Source: an uncultured delta proteobacterium
GTDB lineage: Bacteria > Desulfobacterota > Binatia > Binatales > Binataceae
Reading direction: 5' to 3'
Assembly: GCA_963721485.1 (NCBI GenBank)
Contig: CAVRJV010000014.1
Coordinates: 1,228,579-1,292,578 of the forward strand
Length of the DNA: 64,000 nt
Every line of letters starts with the position of its first letter. The first letter of the stretch is position 1. The notes beneath the pieces are model-generated. The model did no database searches, was not told the DNA's origin, and saw nothing but the letters and a program-made list of their open reading frames with translations. The translations under genes and the position numbers were made by a program. Below are positions 20,531-30,900 of this stretch, piece after piece.

Positions 20531-20602
20531 GTTGAGGACCGTCGTTTTCCATCGCGATACCATCGAGGTTACATCTCCTCGAAGGAGAACAGCGCGCACG
20601 GC

Positions 20603-20860
20603 GTGGTGAATCGTATGCAAGTCTGTGTCCGAATCCTGGATAACGGCAGGATTGAAGTCAGTAATGACAACTATCCCGTCCAATTCGTGGTACCCGGCGG
20701 CAAGCGGTTCGGCGTCACCTACGACCAATATCGCGCCCACGGAGACGGACCGATGGAAGTACCGGGCGGCGGTGTGGTCGACGTTACCGAGCTGCATGAA
20801 GGCCAGGCGTTCCAGATCATCGGCGGTCTGCCGCTGTCTGGGGTGCTCAAACCGCGTTGA
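20603..20860 (+). CDS. hypothetical protein
   Basis: 85-aa ORF following the Cro-like gene on the same strand, with a GAAGGAG upstream. It competes with antisense ORF 20468..20932. No motif recognised. Confidence 0.3.
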   Translation: MVNRMQVCVRILDNGRIEVSNDNYPVQFVVPGGKRFGVTYDQYRAHGDGPMEVPGGGVVDVTELHEGQAFQIIGGLPLSGVLKPR

Positions 20861-21095
20861 CTTATTCCCGTTGCGCAAATCGCGGCGGTGAATGCGTTCA
20901 CAAGGATGCCGCCCGACTCCTACAGCAGACACAGACGCTAATCAAACCCGGGAACTTCCCAAGCCGCTGAACGATCGCTCTTCGCAGAGTCGTTCTCGGT
21001 GAGCGCTTCGCATTCTGCTTACTCAAATCTGAGATATAAGGTTTCGCAGCGAGGAGTCGCAGCTGATTCATGGTACAGCTGCCGAAGGCGGGCGA

Positions 21096-21422
21096 TCAGG
21101 TCGGGGGTTGCTGTGGCTTGATCAGCCTGAGTTGAGGAGGCTGTGGCTCGGGGGGCTGGAAGCCAAGTCTTTCGAGAAAGTCGAACACTCCCATCTCTTT
21201 GAAGACCTCGAGCGCGACGTGCTTCAACCGGTCCGTTTCTAGAACTTGGCGAAGATCTTGACGCATCAGTGTCAAGGGATTTACAGGCTTCCGCAGCAAC
21301 CGTGCCCGATACGCACGCTGCTTGCACGAGCACGAGCAATAGCAACTGGGGCGGCCCCGCCCGGCTCGACGGACGAGCTTCTTCTTGCAAAGCGCGCATG
21401 TCCGCCGCCGGCGTGGCATCAC
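21096..21422 (-). CDS. small Cys-rich (zinc-ribbon-like) basic protein
   Basis: 108 aa. N-terminus RRRRTCALCKKKL...PSCYCSCSCKQRAYRAR suggests a Cys4 metal site with basic flanks. No family assigned. Confidence 0.4.
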   Translation of the reverse strand: MMPRRRRTCALCKKKLVRRAGRGRPSCYCSCSCKQRAYRARLLRKPVNPLTLMRQDLRQVLETDRLKHVALEVFKEMGVFDFLERLGFQPPEPQPPQLRLIKPQQPPT

Positions 21423-21794
21423 GTATTCACCGTCAATTAGGACGCGCCGAAGCGTCGCGTCCAGGAGTCTCGTTCTTCTGCTTTTTTCGTAACGCTTACC
21501 ATAACGTGACGAAAATAACGCCTGCCAGCAGCTTGGTCAAGGTCTTCTTTGACCATTTCGACGTCCGTCCCTGCAGTCAAAAATGCAGAAATACTTCCAC
21601 TAAACGTCACCCGGATGCACCAGCGCCCGAGCGGCGCCGAGGACAGAGAACAAACAAAGGAGCGACATCGGCGAAAGTGTTAAAGTCAGTGGCGAAGTAT
21701 TCGATTCGTCCTAGACGCCAAAAGCGTTCCGGATTTGCGGCGTACATAGGTCCTAACAAGCGCGGACCCGGAGACCGGTATAGAGGGTTTTAAG

Positions 21795-22517
21795 ATGAAC
21801 GACACCGACCGTGTGAAGGGCTTCAAGACGCCAGGGCTTTTGTGGGGTGAAGGTGATTGGTACGTACCAGAACTCGCGTTGCACGGGCGTTCCGGGTTGG
21901 TACCTGGACCGCAGGACCGGCATCGTCAAGTATTTCTGGAACACGCGGCTACGCTGGAACCCGAGCTCCTAATGACGTTGCGAAGAGTCAAAGCCAATGA
22001 CACAAACGAGCTATTGGCATGGGCGAAGCGCTGGAATCTGACCGATCGCTGGTGCCGAGTGCTGGCCCGTGATACGGCGCGATGGTACGCCACAGATAGA
22101 GATGCTCGGGGCTGGGAGTTTCAAGGTCAAGGAATTTTCGCCGGAAGTTTTCCCTTCAAAATTAAGGCACTGCGGCTTGGACCGTTTTACTTTGATCCGA
22201 CATGGCGGAAGCGGCGCGATTTCAAGACGTTTGTTCTGAAGGAAGTGGCGCGCGTTACCGATGACTACTGCGATCAGACGTTAGCCGCCGCCGAGGCCGC
22301 GGGCCTGAAGCTCGCACCCCGGAAGAGAGAACTCGAGCATTTCGACTGGCTCGCGCGCTACCAGGTCAAGGGTGAGTCTTTCGCGCACATCGCAAGGACC
22401 CCCTCACATAAGAGGGCTGGCCGCCAGACGGTCCGCAAGGCAATCACCGACTTGGCGAAGTACCTCGAACTGACACTCAGGCCGCCGTCAACTAATAAGA
22501 CGAGTCGCCGAAGTTGA
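21795..22517 (+). CDS. hypothetical protein with C-terminal HTH-like segment
   Basis: 240-aa ORF with an ATG start. The C-terminal GESFAHIARTPSHKRAGRQTVRKAITDLAKYL looks like a sigma-r4/HTH-type helix pair. Otherwise unknown. Confidence 0.45.
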   Translation: MNDTDRVKGFKTPGLLWGEGDWYVPELALHGRSGLVPGPQDRHRQVFLEHAATLEPELLMTLRRVKANDTNELLAWAKRWNLTDRWCRVLARDTARWYATDRDARGWEFQGQGIFAGSFPFKIKALRLGPFYFDPTWRKRRDFKTFVLKEVARVTDDYCDQTLAAAEAAGLKLAPRKRELEHFDWLARYQVKGESFAHIARTPSHKRAGRQTVRKAITDLAKYLELTLRPPSTNKTSRRS

Positions 22518-22640
22518 CATCGAAATAGTTCCAATACGCGCCCAAAGCTGGGATCGTCCAATTGTGAAGAAGAACGAGCGCCGCGACACGCGAACGAATT
22601 CGGTTAATGCGCCACCGGGCCGCTAGGGTCGGGATCAAGC

Positions 22641-22868
22641 ATGAGAAGAGCAGCCAATTCGCATAAAAGAGTGAGTGATGTTGCTACTAAACTCGAGGCG
22701 CTAGTCGACGACGCGATCAACAGCCTGCGCGCCGCCCTGCTCGGGGTATCTGACCCGATCAGCATCCGTGCGGCGTCGACAATTCTTCAACTGTGGGCCG
22801 AGTTTGAGCAATTCAGCGAAATTGAAAGGCGCGTAGCTCTACTTGAACGTCACAGGTGGAAAAAATAA
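22641..22868 (+). CDS. small hypothetical helical protein
   Basis: 75-aa ORF with an ATG start, same strand as its neighbours, helical/coiled-coil-like composition. Confidence 0.3.
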   Translation: MRRAANSHKRVSDVATKLEALVDDAINSLRAALLGVSDPISIRAASTILQLWAEFEQFSEIERRVALLERHRWKK

Positions 22869-22937
22869 CGCAGCGTCGGACGGGAAGGAACTCTGGTTGT
22901 GATCGGTTTACGAAGACAAAGATAAAAAGATTGGAGG

Positions 22938-23267
22938 TTGCGTATGAGTTACAAAGGACTCAAGCGGCGACTTGACCGTTTGGAGCAGCGAGCGACAGGC
23001 GGAGAATGCGAAGCATGCACTAATACTGCGACTATGAACCTACAGATGCGCATAACTGCCAGGAACGGACACGGCAACGTAGGCGCGAGCTCGATCGAGC
23101 AGCTGCCTTGCCCGGAGTGCGGCAATCCCCACCCCAGAATCCCGATGCGGGTATTCGACGCGATCGTAGCGAACGAGGAACGCATGGTCCTTATCGAGAG
23201 AAAATTGAAGGAGGAATGGGCGACGGACCCGATAGTCAATGCGTTCGGTAGCGAACGTGAGCACTGA
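22938..23267 (+). CDS. small hypothetical protein with two CxxC pairs
   Basis: 109 aa. CEAC ... CPEC suggests a zinc ribbon flanked by helical segments. Its end overlaps the next ORF by ~11-29 nt. Confidence 0.4.
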   Translation: MRMSYKGLKRRLDRLEQRATGGECEACTNTATMNLQMRITARNGHGNVGASSIEQLPCPECGNPHPRIPMRVFDAIVANEERMVLIERKLKEEWATDPIVNAFGSEREH

Positions 23268-23964
23268 GCGACAAGTCGCCGCGAATCGGCTTAATGCTCA
23301 GCGCAGCACGGGCCCACGTACTCCCGCCGGAAAGGCAAGAGTCTCGGTGAACGCCTTGACGCACGGGCTCACTGCGCGCGACGCAGTCTTGCCCGGCGAA
23401 GATCCAGACGACTTCGAGCGCTTCCGCGCGGGTTTAATGAATAGCCTCGATCCGCACGATGCGCTCGAGTCAGCGCTGACGGAGATGATCGTCGCCAACA
23501 TCTGGCGGCACCGAAGGATCCCGAAAATCGAAGCCCTGCTGCACGAGTTGGCTTCCGCAGAATTGCGGGTGAGTCGAGCGGAGAAATTGGTTACGCAGTA
23601 CGAGTCGACTGCGAAGGACCGGATGTTGGCCGCGCTGGAAAAGAAAAAGGTCGCCGCTCGCAACCGCCAGGCCCATGCCGAAGCCGAACAGAGGCTCGCG
23701 AACGAGCGCGCTCAACTCGACGATCCCGCCTTAGACGTTGCGCGCGTTTTTGAAACCTCGCCGGAGCTATTGCATAACCTGTGGCGGCACGAATCTTCGC
23801 TTACGCGATCCTTGATCAGATGCCTGCGTGAACTTGAGCGATTGAAAGCGAAGCGCGCCGGACTCCATGTCCCCGTTCCCGAAGTCGTGGACGTGGACCT
23901 AAATGTCTCCGGGTCCTCTCGGGCCGATATCGAAGGGGCTGGCTTAAGCGAAGAACCCGACTGA
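23239..23964 (+). CDS. conserved-looking hypothetical protein
   Basis: 241-aa ORF. The N-terminal NRLNAQRSTGPRTPAGKARVSVNALTHGL block resembles an uncharacterised family seen widely in soil bacteria (from memory only). A likely alternative start is GTG ~23257. Confidence 0.45.
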   Translation: MRSVANVSTERQVAANRLNAQRSTGPRTPAGKARVSVNALTHGLTARDAVLPGEDPDDFERFRAGLMNSLDPHDALESALTEMIVANIWRHRRIPKIEALLHELASAELRVSRAEKLVTQYESTAKDRMLAALEKKKVAARNRQAHAEAEQRLANERAQLDDPALDVARVFETSPELLHNLWRHESSLTRSLIRCLRELERLKAKRAGLHVPVPEVVDVDLNVSGSSRADIEGAGLSEEPD

Positions 23965-24178
23965 AATTCGCCGGCAACCGGAGGACCACCGACTTGATCG
24001 AAAATTTGCAAAACAAAGCCAATTGGGAAATCTGGAACGGCTCTCCAGCCGGTGCGTCAGAATCGAAGCGTTTTCCCAATCGAGCAGTTCGTCGGCGAGG
24101 GGCCGTGAGCTGCCGCAACCTCGGCGAGGGTTTCCTCATTGGACCTAAAGCATCAGCACGCTTGCTGTCTGGTACAGA

Positions 24179-24481
24179 TTGCCACTTAACGTTCGCAGCG
24201 AAGCAGTCAATCAGCTTGCCGAGAAACTGGCTGTGCGCAAGCAACTGAATAAGACCGAAGCCGCGAAGCTGGCCCAGGAAAATGAACTGCGACGCATGGA
24301 ACAGGCGTTGCCTATCCGCGAAAGACTTCGCCTGATCCAGCAAAGAGTGCTGGCCAGGCCGTCCACCGGACTCAAGGCGGACAAGGCATTCTTTCGACGA
24401 GCTTGGCGGGAACACTGCCTCTGCCATGGTGGCCACGCCTCTGCGAACAACCAAGCTTCGCGGTCGATGAACTCAGGCTGA
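24179..24481 (+). pseudogene. vapB: vapB-like antitoxin copy 1 (frameshifted end) fused to the first ~6 codons of a truncated vapC
   Basis: MPLNVRSEAVNQLAEKLAVRKQLNKTEAAKLAQENELRRMEQALPIRERLRLIQQRVLARPSTGLKADKAFF is ~85% identical in nt to 42111..42350. An extra T (ttctttcgac vs ttcttcgac) shifts the end. gcctctgccatggtggc matches the vapC start (ASAIVA) and homology stops near 24445. Confidence 0.6.
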
Positions 24482-25084
24482 CCAACGCACTGGATCTACA
24501 GTCCATAGCGGGCGCAATTTCATAATAGACAAAAACACAATTTCTTTACTTTGGCTGAACTTGGCCGGAAAGCGAATTTCGACTCGAACCCAGGAGGAGG
24601 GTTCATATCAACGCGCGTTTGATCAGTAATCTGGAGCCACAGAGATCGCTCCCAATCGAACTCAACAAAGTGCGGAGGAAAGTCAGAGGCCGAGCCGCTC
24701 GGCAGCGCCATCTGCGGCAAAGTCGGAAGCGTGGTATTTCTCGTTCTAAATTGCCCTAGAAATACAGTTAGTCAAAATTTAGGACCATAGCGTATCTTTT
24801 TCCTTCAGAAAGCTAATTGACTAAGGGTCGCATTCAAGAGATAGGTACCGAGTCACCATCCATTCTCGAATTGCTTTGAATTCTGGACCAAGGGGAAACG
24901 GGAGACAGTCGGACTTCGAGTTGGCCTGAGAAGGCCTGAGCGCAATAAGCGACTGCCGGTTTCACAGAAGATAACGCTCGGAGTACGTACGTTTCCGTAT
25001 TGATCGGCTGGAGGCCTACTGCCTCCCTATGGACATCAGGGCAAACGCCTTGAGTCGAACCATCGAAGTTAAGGGGAACCGAAG

Positions 25085-27793
25085 TTGAAAACAGCGCGCC
25101 TAAAGGTTCTGATCGCGGTCCTCTGTATCGGGTTCATGGTCGTGGGTGTAGCGGCGCTTGGCCTGAGGCAGGCAGCGCGCCGGTCGCCTTCCGCCAGCAA
25201 CATTAAGATTGCGAATCTCTACGGCAAGTTGCCGATGAGCTTTGAGCGCAATGACGGCCAAACCGACGCCCAGGTCAAATTCCTCGCGCGCGGCAAGGGA
25301 TACACGATGTTCCTGACCCCGTCGGAGAACGTCCTTGCTTTGCGCAAATCTCCCAAGGGAGCGGCCGACGTCCTGCGAATCAAGATGATCGGAGCAAATC
25401 CCGCCCCGCGCGTCGAAGGCACAGGACAACTGGAGGCCAAGTCTAACTATTTTATCGGCAACGATCCGAAGAAGTGGCGCACCCACATACCCTCGTATTC
25501 AAAAGTCTGGTACCGCGATATCTATCCGGGAATCGATTTGGTCTACTACGGCGCGAACCAGCAGCATCTCGAATATGATTTCGTCGTTGCGCCGGGTGCC
25601 AATCCCAATTCGATCGGTCTACGGTTCGAGGGCGCCGAGCAGCTCACGCTCAATCAGCAGGGTGATGTAGTAATTCGCCTGCCCGACGGCGACGAGGTAA
25701 TCCATCACGTGCCGTCGATCTACCAGGAGCGCGATGGCAAGCGGGAAAAAGTGGACGGCCGATCCGTGATGCGAAGCGCGAACACGATCGGCTTCGAGCT
25801 GGCTGATTACGATCGCAGCCGTGCAGTCTATATCGATCCGGGGCTGGTTTACTCGACCTACTTGGGGGGGAACCTATTCGACCAAGGTGAAGGAATCGCA
25901 GTGGATTCCTCGGGATTCGCCTACGTTGCCGGGACAGCCGGCTCGCACAATTTCCCGACTACCGCGGGAAGCTTCGATACCACCTTCCCCGATCCAACTG
26001 GGTCGGGCAGCGCCTTCGTGACGAAATTCAAGACCGACGGCACCGGACTGGTCTACTCGACCTTCGTGGGTGGCGGCTTGGAGAATCACGCGAAAATCGC
26101 CATCGATCCCGAGGGCTTCGCATACATCGCAGGGTTGACCACCTCGACCGTTTTTCCAACGACCGCGGGAGCCTTCATTACCAGCAACCCAGCCGCAGCG
26201 CTAGGCCAGCAGATCACCGGATTCGTTTCGAAGTTAGCGGTCGACGGTTCAGCTTTGGTCTACTCAACCTATCTGGGTGGAAGCGGAAACGGATCAAGCG
26301 GTGATTCGGTCACCGCAATCGCAGTCGACTCTTCCGGCTTCGCCTACCTCACGGGACCAGCCTATTCCGCTGATTTCCCTACCACCGCCGGCGCGTTCCA
26401 GACCACGCAGCCTGGCCCGCAAGCCTGCTTCGTGACGAAGCTGAAGACCGACGGCACTGGCCTGGTCTATTCAACCTTTTTGGGGGGTAGCCATGACGAC
26501 GCGGCAGCCGCTATCGCCCTCGATTCCACGAACTTCGCCTACGTGGCGGGAACAACGGTATCGACAGATTTCCCAACCACCGCCGGTGCTTTCCAGACGA
26601 AGAACCCCGGTCTGGGCTTCACCTCCGCACCTTTTGTGACGAAGCTGAAGACCGATGGTTCGGGACTGGTTTACTCTACCTTTCTGGGCGGCAACAACGG
26701 CGATAGCGGTACAGGTATCGCCGTTGATTCACTGGGCTTCGCCTACATCGCCGGGGTAACCGAATCGGCCGACTTCCCTACCACCGCTGGCGCCTTCCAG
26801 ACCACGCTCGTTAGTACCCAGGATCCCTTTGTGGCGAAACTGAACGTCGCCGGCTCGGCACTGGTGTACTCCACCCTCCTGGGCGAAACTGGCGGCCGTA
26901 CCCCCACTAACGGGATACATATCGCCGTCGATTCCGCGGGCTCGGCTTACGTCGCCGGAACCACCGGCTCGACCGATTTTCCAACCACACCTGGCGCCTT
27001 TCAAACCGTCAACCATGAGAGCACGGGGGCTAACACCGCCTTCGTGACGAAGTTCAATACCAATGGCACAGGACTGGACTATTCGACCTACCTGGGAGGT
27101 AGCGTCCAGGATGGGGCGAACGGTATCGCGGTTGATTCTTCCAATCCACCCCAAGCGTACATTACCGGATATACTGAATCGACGGATTTTCCTACCACCG
27201 CCGGCGCGTTCCAGGTCACGAACAACACTACTGAAGGTCAGAGTGGCGGCAATGCCTTTGTGACGAAGCTCAACCCGGGCGCAGCGGCAAGCGGGAGTCC
27301 AACGGCGACTGCAACGGCTACGTCGTCGCGCACCGCGACAGCCACGGCGACTGCGACTAGTTCTGCAACGCCCACCGCAACCGCGACGGGCGCGACGGCG
27401 ACTGCCACGGCGACGGCGACCGCAACACCGACTGCCACGCCAACTCCTGTCGGGATGCTGTCTGTCAGTCCCTCGTCGCTGAATTTCGGCGACAAGACCA
27501 CAGTCGGAAAAACCAGCAAAGGCAACGACGTCACGATCAAGAATAACGGCGCCAAGAAGACCGGCTTGCCCGTCATGGTCGAGATGGAGAGCGCGTCGCC
27601 GTCGGTGTTCGCAGTGAAATCGCAATGCCAAAAAACACTCGCGCCCGGCAAGGACTGCAAGGTCTCAGTGACCTTCAAGCCGGTGGATGACACGACGGCG
27701 GAGACTGGCACCTTGATGATTTTTGACAACGCGACCGGATCGCCACAGAGCGTGGGGCTCTCCGGAATGGGTCAGGCTCCGAAGAAGAAATAG
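25085..27793 (+). CDS. secreted SBBP beta-propeller-repeat protein with TA/PT linker and C-terminal Ig-like (choice-of-anchor D type) domain
   Basis: 902 aa with a signal peptide (KVLIAVLCIGFMVVGVAALG). At least 8 repeats of the pattern LVYSTFLGG...AIAVDSSGFAYVAGTT.STDFPTTAGAFQT (SBBP type). Linker SPTATATATSSRTATATATATSSATPTATATGATATATATATATPTATPTP. The terminal domain ends GLSGMGQAPKKK. Confidence 0.8.
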   Translation: MKTARLKVLIAVLCIGFMVVGVAALGLRQAARRSPSASNIKIANLYGKLPMSFERNDGQTDAQVKFLARGKGYTMFLTPSENVLALRKSPKGAADVLRIKMIGANPAPRVEGTGQLEAKSNYFIGNDPKKWRTHIPSYSKVWYRDIYPGIDLVYYGANQQHLEYDFVVAPGANPNSIGLRFEGAEQLTLNQQGDVVIRLPDGDEVIHHVPSIYQERDGKREKVDGRSVMRSANTIGFELADYDRSRAVYIDPGLVYSTYLGGNLFDQGEGIAVDSSGFAYVAGTAGSHNFPTTAGSFDTTFPDPTGSGSAFVTKFKTDGTGLVYSTFVGGGLENHAKIAIDPEGFAYIAGLTTSTVFPTTAGAFITSNPAAALGQQITGFVSKLAVDGSALVYSTYLGGSGNGSSGDSVTAIAVDSSGFAYLTGPAYSADFPTTAGAFQTTQPGPQACFVTKLKTDGTGLVYSTFLGGSHDDAAAAIALDSTNFAYVAGTTVSTDFPTTAGAFQTKNPGLGFTSAPFVTKLKTDGSGLVYSTFLGGNNGDSGTGIAVDSLGFAYIAGVTESADFPTTAGAFQTTLVSTQDPFVAKLNVAGSALVYSTLLGETGGRTPTNGIHIAVDSAGSAYVAGTTGSTDFPTTPGAFQTVNHESTGANTAFVTKFNTNGTGLDYSTYLGGSVQDGANGIAVDSSNPPQAYITGYTESTDFPTTAGAFQVTNNTTEGQSGGNAFVTKLNPGAAASGSPTATATATSSRTATATATATSSATPTATATGATATATATATATPTATPTPVGMLSVSPSSLNFGDKTTVGKTSKGNDVTIKNNGAKKTGLPVMVEMESASPSVFAVKSQCQKTLAPGKDCKVSVTFKPVDDTTAETGTLMIFDNATGSPQSVGLSGMGQAPKKK

Positions 27794-27985
27794 CAGGAGG
27801 CACGCCTACATGAGGAGAATCGCAGGATCGACAGCCGAACATGGAAGCATGGCGGCGAACGTTGCCTAATCAACATTGGCCCGAAGACCTGCGATTATTC
27901 TTTGCATGAAGAAATGTGCTTCACTCGACGGCGTTACGCAGAAGGCGACTAAACCGGCAAGGGAACTCGAACATCGGGTGCGAAG

Positions 27986-30900
27986 GTGAGCCACCAACCG
28001 TTTCGTAGCTGGCCATTGTTGGTCGGGGCTGCTTTGATCCTCGCGGTTGCCTTGAGTACCGCATCTGTGGTGTTTGCGGGTCCGCGCGCGCTGGAGCCGG
28101 GCTACACCGGGCAGTATCTTTACCGCAACGATAATTTCCGCACCGGCCAGAATCTCGCCGAAACCGTGCTGACACCGTCGACTGTCAAGGCTTCGCAATT
28201 CGGTCTGCAATTCACAGATGCAATCGACGGCTATGCCTACGCCGAGCCGCTTTATGTTCCGGCGGTATCGATCCCGGGGATGGGAACCCACAACGTCGTG
28301 TACATCGCGACGGAGAACGACAGCGTGTACGCATTCGACGCCGACGCGCCGGGTCCTCCTCTATGGCAGACGAGCTTCATTAATCCTCAAGCAAATCCAC
28401 CGATCACCGCGGTGCCCGCGACCGACATCGGATGTGGGGACCTCGTCCCGATTATCGGCATCACGGCGACACCGGTGATCGACTCGACCAGCGGCACGAT
28501 GTACGTCGTATCGAAGGAGAAGACGGGACCCGGCAGTTATCGGCAGCGACTTCACGCACTCGATATTACGACCGGCCTCGAGCGGTCGAACAGTCCGATT
28601 ACGATTACGGCCACCTCGCCAGGTACAGCATCCGACGGCAACGGCACGACCGTTCCCTTCAACCCGCTCACGCAGTTGGGACGGCCGGCGCTCACGCTCT
28701 CGAACGGCATCGTGTATCTGGCCTTCGCGTCCCACTGCGACATCGATCCGTTTCACGGCTGGGTGCTGGGCTACAACGAGACCTCACTCGCGCAGGAAGT
28801 TGTCTTCAACACGACGCCCAACGGCACCAACGGTGGAATCTGGCAGTCCGGCTGCGGTTTGGGGGTAGATACCAATGGCGATTTGATCGCGATGACAGGC
28901 GACGGAGTTTTCGATACCGGCGCATCTCCGCAGGATTTCGGCGACAGCTTCCTGAGATTGACCCCCAATCCGGGAGCCACCGTATCGATGACGGTTACAA
29001 GTTCCTTTACTCCGCTCAACGAACTGATACTTGAGGATCAAGACCTTGACATGGGCTCAGGCGGCAACCTGCTCCTGCCGGATCAACCTGGGCCTTATCC
29101 TCATCTGATGATCGGCGTGGGCAAGTCGGGCTCAATCTACCTGGTCAACCGCGACAACATGGGCGGGTTCAACGCCAGCCAGGACATGATGGTGCAGGAG
29201 ATACTGCTCTACATCGACGGTATCTTCAGCACTCCTGCGTACTGGCAGGGAAACGTGCCGGGCGTCGGCTTGCAGAACATGGTCTACATGATTCCCGCGG
29301 GCGGGTTCCCGGACACCTTCGTGCTCTCCAACGGTATGATCCAGACGCCGCCGGCGGCGTCTGCCACAAACTACAGATTCGGGTTCCCCGGCGCCTCGCC
29401 GATGATCTCCGCCAACGGCACCACCGGCGGCGTACTTTGGGCGATTGACAGCTCGGCATATAAAACGAGCGGTCCCGCGATTCTCCGCGCGTTCGATCCA
29501 ACCAACCTGAGCAGCGAGTTCTATGACAGCAACATGTTCAGCTCGGACAATCCCGGGCCGGCGGTAAAGTTCAGCGTTCCCACCATAGCCAACGGCTCGG
29601 TCTACGTGGGGACCGAGACTCAGCTCGCCGTGTTCGGATTGTTTCCCGGCGGTGCGAGACCTTCACCGACCGCCAGTGTCTCGGCGACGCCGTCTGCGAC
29701 CATCACCTCGACGGTGACCGCGACAGCAACGCCGACCGCGACTCCGACTACCTCGATGGCAGTGACCGGGTCGCTCGCGTTCGGCAATGTCGCCGTTGGG
29801 CAGACGCCGACCAGGAATATAACGGTCTATAACGTCGGAGCGACGTATCCGCTGGTCATCTCAAGTGCGACTCCGTCTGATCCGGAATACATTTTGAGCG
29901 GAGCAGGCACCTGCGGGTCTATCCCAATCACGCTCGCGCACGGAACGAATTGCACGCTTGGAATCAGTTTTGCCCCCACCGCAATTGGTGCGCATAACGC
30001 GTCACTGATGTTGACCGACAACGCCGCTACCAACCCGCAGCACGTGTCGCTCACCGGCGCCGGCATCGCGGGGCTGACACTCACCAGCAGCCACCTCACG
30101 TTCGGCAGCGTGACGTTCGGCCTCACGGGGGTAGCGGCGCTCGCTGTGATCAATTATCAGACGCAGCCGGTGACGCTCAGCGAGAGCTTCAGCGGCGCCA
30201 ACCCCTCCGACTTCTCGATCACCGGAGGCACCTGCACTAACACCCTGGCAGCCAACACGGCATGCAGCCTGACCGTGACTTTCAAGCCGGGAGTTCTGGG
30301 GACTGAATCGGCGACGATGTCTATCACCGACACTCCCGATCCGCTGGGTCCCTACACGGTCGCGCTCAGCACCGGGCCGACGATTCCAGATTCGGAGCCT
30401 TACACCACGATGGCGTTTGGCAACGTGGTGCAGTCATCGACCCGGACTTTCAGCTTTTTGAACGTCACCAATTCGTCCCGGTTCCCGCTGACGCTGGGCG
30501 AGGCCATCTCCGGGCCGAACGCGGCTGACTTCGCCGTGACCCAAGTTCTCTCATGCGCGGGCAACACGGCCTGCGCTATTCCGGTGAGTTTCACGCCCAG
30601 CGGCGAGACGTTCCAGAGCGCGACGATGACCATCACCGTCGGCAACGATCCCACTAGCCCGCATGTGGTCGCACTCACAGGGACAGGAACGACGCCAATC
30701 CTGCTGAGCCCTGCTTCGACGCTCGCGTTCGGGACCGTAACGCGGCCCAACTGGAAGGCCATGACGATCACGGTGGTGAATCAAGGCGTCGCGACGCTGA
30801 CCCTTCCGACCCCGATGCTCAGTGGCGCCAACACCGCCGACTTCTCGCTAACCACCGCCGCGGCCAAACCATGCGGCGCGACCCTGGCCGGCGGCGCTTA

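Noticed and set aside
20468-20932. 154-aa minus-strand ORF overlapping the Cro-like gene end and ORF 20603..20860.
   Set aside because: It overlaps two same-direction + strand ORFs that fit the local operon logic, and it has no motif. However, neither it nor 20603..20860 can be proven from sequence alone.
24520-24720. 66-aa minus-strand ORF and tRNA-like word (ttcgactcgaaccc) in the AT-richer 600-bp spacer upstream of the SBBP gene.
   Set aside because: No cloverleaf, no RBS or start context, and no conservation signal. It is most likely a non-coding promoter/leader region at the island boundary.
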